From the NCBI GenBank assembly GCA_965644295.1, contig CBFFRP010000035.1, positions 1 to 64,000 of the forward strand: a stretch of DNA of 64,000 nt, given 5' to 3'. Positions 61,501 through 64,000 of the stretch are shown here, piece by piece (the stretch's first letter is position 1; each line of letters starts with the position of its first letter). This DNA is from Paraphysomonas bandaiensis (taxonomy: Eukaryota; Protista; Chrysophyceae). A program made the position numbers and the translations under genes. Below the pieces are notes generated by a model. It ran no database searches, had not been told where the DNA came from, and saw only the letters and a list, made by a program, of their open reading frames with translations.

Positions 61501-64000
61501 GGATCTCCTACTACATCAAAACCAACTGGTCAGCCTTCTTCTGTTCCTACGGAATCTCCTACTACATCGATGCCTACAGGTGTACCCTCTTGTGTTCCTA
61601 CAGGATCTCCTACTACGTCGAAACCAACTGGTCAGCCCACCAATGTTCCTACAGGATTTCCTACTACATCGATACCAACTGGTCAGCCTTCTTCTGTTCC
61701 TACGGGATCTCCAACTACATCGATGCCTACAGATGGACCCTCTTATGTTCCTACAGGATATCCAACTACATCGAAACCTACAGATGGACCCTCTTATATT
61801 CCTACAGGATCTCCTACTACATCAAAACCAACTGGTCAGCCTTCTTCTGTTCCTACGGAATCTCCTACTACATTGATGCCTACAGGTGTACCCTCTTATG
61901 TTCCTACAGGATCTCCTACTACGTCGAAACCAACTGGTCAGCCCACCAATGTTCCTACAGGATTTCCTACTACATCGATACCAACTGGTCAGCCTTCTTC
62001 TGTTCCTACGGGATCTCCTACTACATCGATGCCTACAGGTGTACCCTCTTGTGTTCCTACAGGATCTCCTACTACGTCGAAACCAACTGGTCAGCCCACC
62101 AATGTTCCTACAGGATCTCCTACTACATCGATACCAACTGGTCAGCCTTCTTCTGTTCCTACGGGATCTCCTACTACATCGATGCCTACAGGTGTACCCT
62201 CTTGTGTTCCTACAGGATATCCAACTACATCGATGCCTACAGTTCAGCCCACCAATGTTCCTACAGGATCTCCTACTACATCGATACCAACTGGTCAGCC
62301 TTCTTCTGTTCCTACGGGATCTCCTACTACATCGATGCCTACAGGTGTACCCTCTTGTGTTCCTACAGGATATCCAACTACATCGATGCCTACAGTTCAG
62401 CCCACCAATGTTCCTACAGGATCTCCTACTACATCGATACCAACTGGTCAACCTACTAAAGTTCCTACGGGATCACCCACTACATTGATGCCTACAGATG
62501 GGCCCTCTTATGTTCCTACGAGAACTCCAACAACATCGAAACCTACAGATGGACCCTCTTATATTCCTACAGGATCACCTACTACACCCGATAGAACTAA
62601 TTCTTCTACACCGGATATAACTAATATCGATATTATTACGTCGAAAAACTATTTTGTTATATCTGCGAGCGTGTCAATGCCGGGAACGCTGTATTGCGGT
62701 GCGTTTTTGACTACTACGCCCCCTATCTCCATCCTAACTGTCACAATGACAAACAATTTCGCCATTGTTAAGTTTCCTGAAGCTCTAGTCCACATAACCA
62801 TTGATAATTTGCTGCCAAATACAGCATATAATGTATATTGTGTGGCAAGTAGTGTATATGGCACTTCTACTTCCTTAGCTGATATGGTAACGAATAAAAT
62901 GTTGGTCCGTACAGAGTGCTGTAAAGAGATATCTATTTCGTTAGCTGGAGTATCATATGCTGCTGACACCGATGTGCCGTCGTTCCTTGCAGTTGCTGCG
63001 ACAGCAGCACCGTCATTTCCTTTGACTGTTACTTTCACGGCAAGGCTTTTGGATGGCTCGAATCGATCAACTAATATATTTGTTCCTAGTACTGTTGAGA
63101 TTAACTCTAAATCATGGACTGCTACAAAATATATATCATTGATTGGCTCTCCTGCCGGTCGATATGATATCAGTGTCTCTATGAGTGGAGTGGATGGTGG
63201 TAATTATAGTGTTATTTTCAGTGAGCAGAGTGAATTCACCCTTCAGTTGTCAGGCGTGGAGCCTCCTGTTCCTAGCCTTACTGCTGCTACATTTACTTCT
63301 GATGGAATGTTTGTCATTGTCAAATTTGATTCCCCAACTGACATGGCCGGACAGTTTTCATTGTTCCCGTGTTCGCTAGTTTTTTCTTTCGAGGATGATA
63401 CAAATTCTACGTGTGAGTGGACCAGCCCATATAGTGTACTCGTTACTCCAGGGGCAACCTCCAACATTGATGTGGGTGAAAAAGTCGCTGTTGTTGAGAA
63501 TGTTTTGCGTGCATCATGTCCATTCTCGTCGTTCGAGTGCCTGCAATGGAAAACTGTTCCTTCGACATCAGCAGTTATAATCTCTGCACCAGTAACACCA
63601 ACTCCCCCGGAGGTTGTAATCTCTGGACCCGATAAGTGTGGTCCATGTGATGAAGTTGTTCTTGATCTTCTTTCTTCCACCGGCAGCGGTCGAAAGGCAT
63701 GGAAAAATGTGACTGTCGACGTAATGAGTCGAAACATGGAATCTGCGAGGCAACTGGAAATCTTTTTCTCAACCTATGAGGTAGGCCGTCCGACAACCAT
63801 TCCTCGAGACTTGTTGAACCCCGGATATTATTATGACTTTCATTTTACTCTCTGCAACTTCTTAAATTCATGTTCTCATTCGGTTCACCGTCTCGTGATG
63901 ACGTACAGCTCTGTACCTTTGGTTCGCATATTGGGGCGAAAATCTCGATCTATTGCAACTGCCGTCCCCCTTGTTCTGCAAGCGGATGCATCTGTATCTT
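58570..64000 (+). CDS. Giant secreted/surface protein: signal peptide + ~19 plant-type LRRs + P/T/S mucin-like repeat + REJ/PKD-like region (incomplete, runs off window)
   Basis: Frame from ATG 58570 (MNILTLSLLSVIHVIFFLALG) open to the window end as read, absent from the ORF track for lack of a stop; LRRNT C.WLGITC; LxxLxLxxNxF.GxxP repeats 58790-60150; LYCGAF..LPNTAYNVYCVA; ISGPDKCGPCDEVVLDLLSSTGSGRKAW typical of REJ-domain proteins. Confidence 0.9.
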   Translation, partial: MNILTLSLLSVIHVIFFLALGVHSSPYSDKEDNFLCEFISASNVNSKAASWVCVDVADKCNWLGITCESTFITNIDLDALSITGTLPSSIGLLTKLTYLKLRKNRISGTLPSTIGNLAKLEHFQIQENSFSQSFPDVFSSLTSLRKIYIQKNQFNGSLPESLGNLNLEFIGFHSNLFTGTLPSYIGGMSALTGLSINDNQFTGPLPSELVGLTHLSSITIHRNLFNGSIPNIFVHMSKMTELSLHDNFFSDDLPSSIGMLSSLVDLQAQSNSITGVPSSVSALSTLTLLRLDENPLSGSAVLDNILSITSLEHLELSDATLGPTLPSSVGNLSRLVHLEMGSCGFNTPLPHELTQLSILSTLDFSGNDFTGAVPAGLWQLDNLVHLSLNWNEVEGTIPTSVGSLGKLTELALSGNSFHGILPTEMGDLSNLHVLHIEQNSFTGPIPSFFGQYAKLSQLEMNENVFSGSIPSSMGTLSNLVTVMMYSNSLTGSVPSGFGEMSKLRFLHLQGNNLNGIFPSEICNLGSLSEFFLVDSTSNMCNLPPTAIPTSIPSHRPSSDPTGQPTNVPTGSPTTSMPTDVPSYVPTGSPTTSKPTGQPSCVPTGSPTTSIPTGQPSSVPTGSPTTSKPTGLPSSVPTGSPTTSIPTGQPTNVPTGSPTTSKPTGQPSSVPTGSPTTSKPTGQPSSVPTGYPTTSIPTGQPTTVPTGSPTTSKPTGQPSSVPTGSPTTSIPTGQPTNVPTGSPTTSKPTGQPSSVPTGSPTTSIPTGQPTNVPTGYPTTSIPTGQPTTVPTGSPTTSKPTGQPSSVPTGSPTTSKPTGQPSSDPTGSPTTSKPTGQPSSVPTGSPTTSEPTGQPSSVPTGSPTTSEPTGQPSSVPTGSPTTSIPTGQPTNVPTGYPTTSIPTGQPSSVPTGSPTTSKPTGQPSSVPTGSPTTSIPTGQPTNVPTGYPTTSIPTGQPSYVPTGYPTTSKPTDGPSYIPTGSPTTSKPTGQPSSVPTESPTTSMPTGVPSCVPTGSPTTSKPTGQPTNVPTGFPTTSIPTGQPSSVPTGSPTTSMPTDGPSYVPTGYPTTSKPTDGPSYIPTGSPTTSKPTGQPSSVPTESPTTLMPTGVPSYVPTGSPTTSKPTGQPTNVPTGFPTTSIPTGQPSSVPTGSPTTSMPTGVPSCVPTGSPTTSKPTGQPTNVPTGSPTTSIPTGQPSSVPTGSPTTSMPTGVPSCVPTGYPTTSMPTVQPTNVPTGSPTTSIPTGQPSSVPTGSPTTSMPTGVPSCVPTGYPTTSMPTVQPTNVPTGSPTTSIPTGQPTKVPTGSPTTLMPTDGPSYVPTRTPTTSKPTDGPSYIPTGSPTTPDRTNSSTPDITNIDIITSKNYFVISASVSMPGTLYCGAFLTTTPPISILTVTMTNNFAIVKFPEALVHITIDNLLPNTAYNVYCVASSVYGTSTSLADMVTNKMLVRTECCKEISISLAGVSYAADTDVPSFLAVAATAAPSFPLTVTFTARLLDGSNRSTNIFVPSTVEINSKSWTATKYISLIGSPAGRYDISVSMSGVDGGNYSVIFSEQSEFTLQLSGVEPPVPSLTAATFTSDGMFVIVKFDSPTDMAGQFSLFPCSLVFSFEDDTNSTCEWTSPYSVLVTPGATSNIDVGEKVAVVENVLRASCPFSSFECLQWKTVPSTSAVIISAPVTPTPPEVVISGPDKCGPCDEVVLDLLSSTGSGRKAWKNVTVDVMSRNMESARQLEIFFSTYEVGRPTTIPRDLLNPGYYYDFHFTLCNFLNSCSHSVHRLVMTYSSVPLVRILGRKSRSIATAVPLVLQADASVS
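60247..62590 (+). repeat. Coding 51-bp minisatellite (~46 units) encoding PTGQPSSVPTGSPTTSK
   Basis: Unit CCAACTGGTCAGCCTTCTTCTGTTCCTACGGGATCTCCTACTACATCGAAA with variants. Confidence 0.97.

Noticed and set aside
60110-62488. Long alternative-frame and antisense ORFs (LQDLLLHR.., SYRISYY.., RCSRRS..)
   Set aside because: Shadows of the 51-bp repeat; the true frame is the P/T/S frame continuous with the LRR and REJ regions
1-64000. Alternative genetic code or non-canonical splicing
   Set aside because: TAA, TAG and TGA all terminate conserved genes at expected positions, and the introns I traced are GT-AG

Overview
Gene-dense eukaryotic nuclear DNA with short (~50-60 nt) GT-AG introns and the standard genetic code. 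A stramenopile, probably a chrysophyte-like ochrophyte, is inferred from the REJ/PT-repeat surface protein, the membrane hybrid histidine kinase and the P0 tail; this was not verified. About 18 protein genes are recognisable: GH1 beta-glucosidase, CSE1/exportin-2, two tandem HIR/SPFH paralogues, a putatively acylated globin, a plant-At4g16180-like membrane protein, a bacterial-type His-motif TPR protein, condensin CAP-H, PNO1, a putatively myristoylated orphan, a BAG-like+TPR+J-domain co-chaperone, an exosome RNase PH subunit, RPLP0, an EF-hand protein, OXA1, epoxide hydrolase, a beta-lactamase-family esterase, a hybrid histidine kinase, and a giant LRR-mucin-REJ protein that runs off the window end. 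There is also an intron-containing tRNA-Met. Intergenic DNA holds a decayed chromovirus, two hAT elements with 8-bp TSDs, fragments of a C/A-rich LINE-like family (APE, possible OTU) and dispersed repeats. The most interesting items are (1) one polypeptide apparently joining a BAG-like nucleotide-exchange domain, three TPR clamps and a J-domain; (2) a putatively acylated globin head-to-head with raft-scaffold genes; (3) an LRR-mucin-REJ receptor head-to-head with a histidine kinase; and (4) a recurring promoter signature of RY-alternating tracts plus CAGCAGCAG. All family assignments come from motif recognition by eye; no database searches were run.
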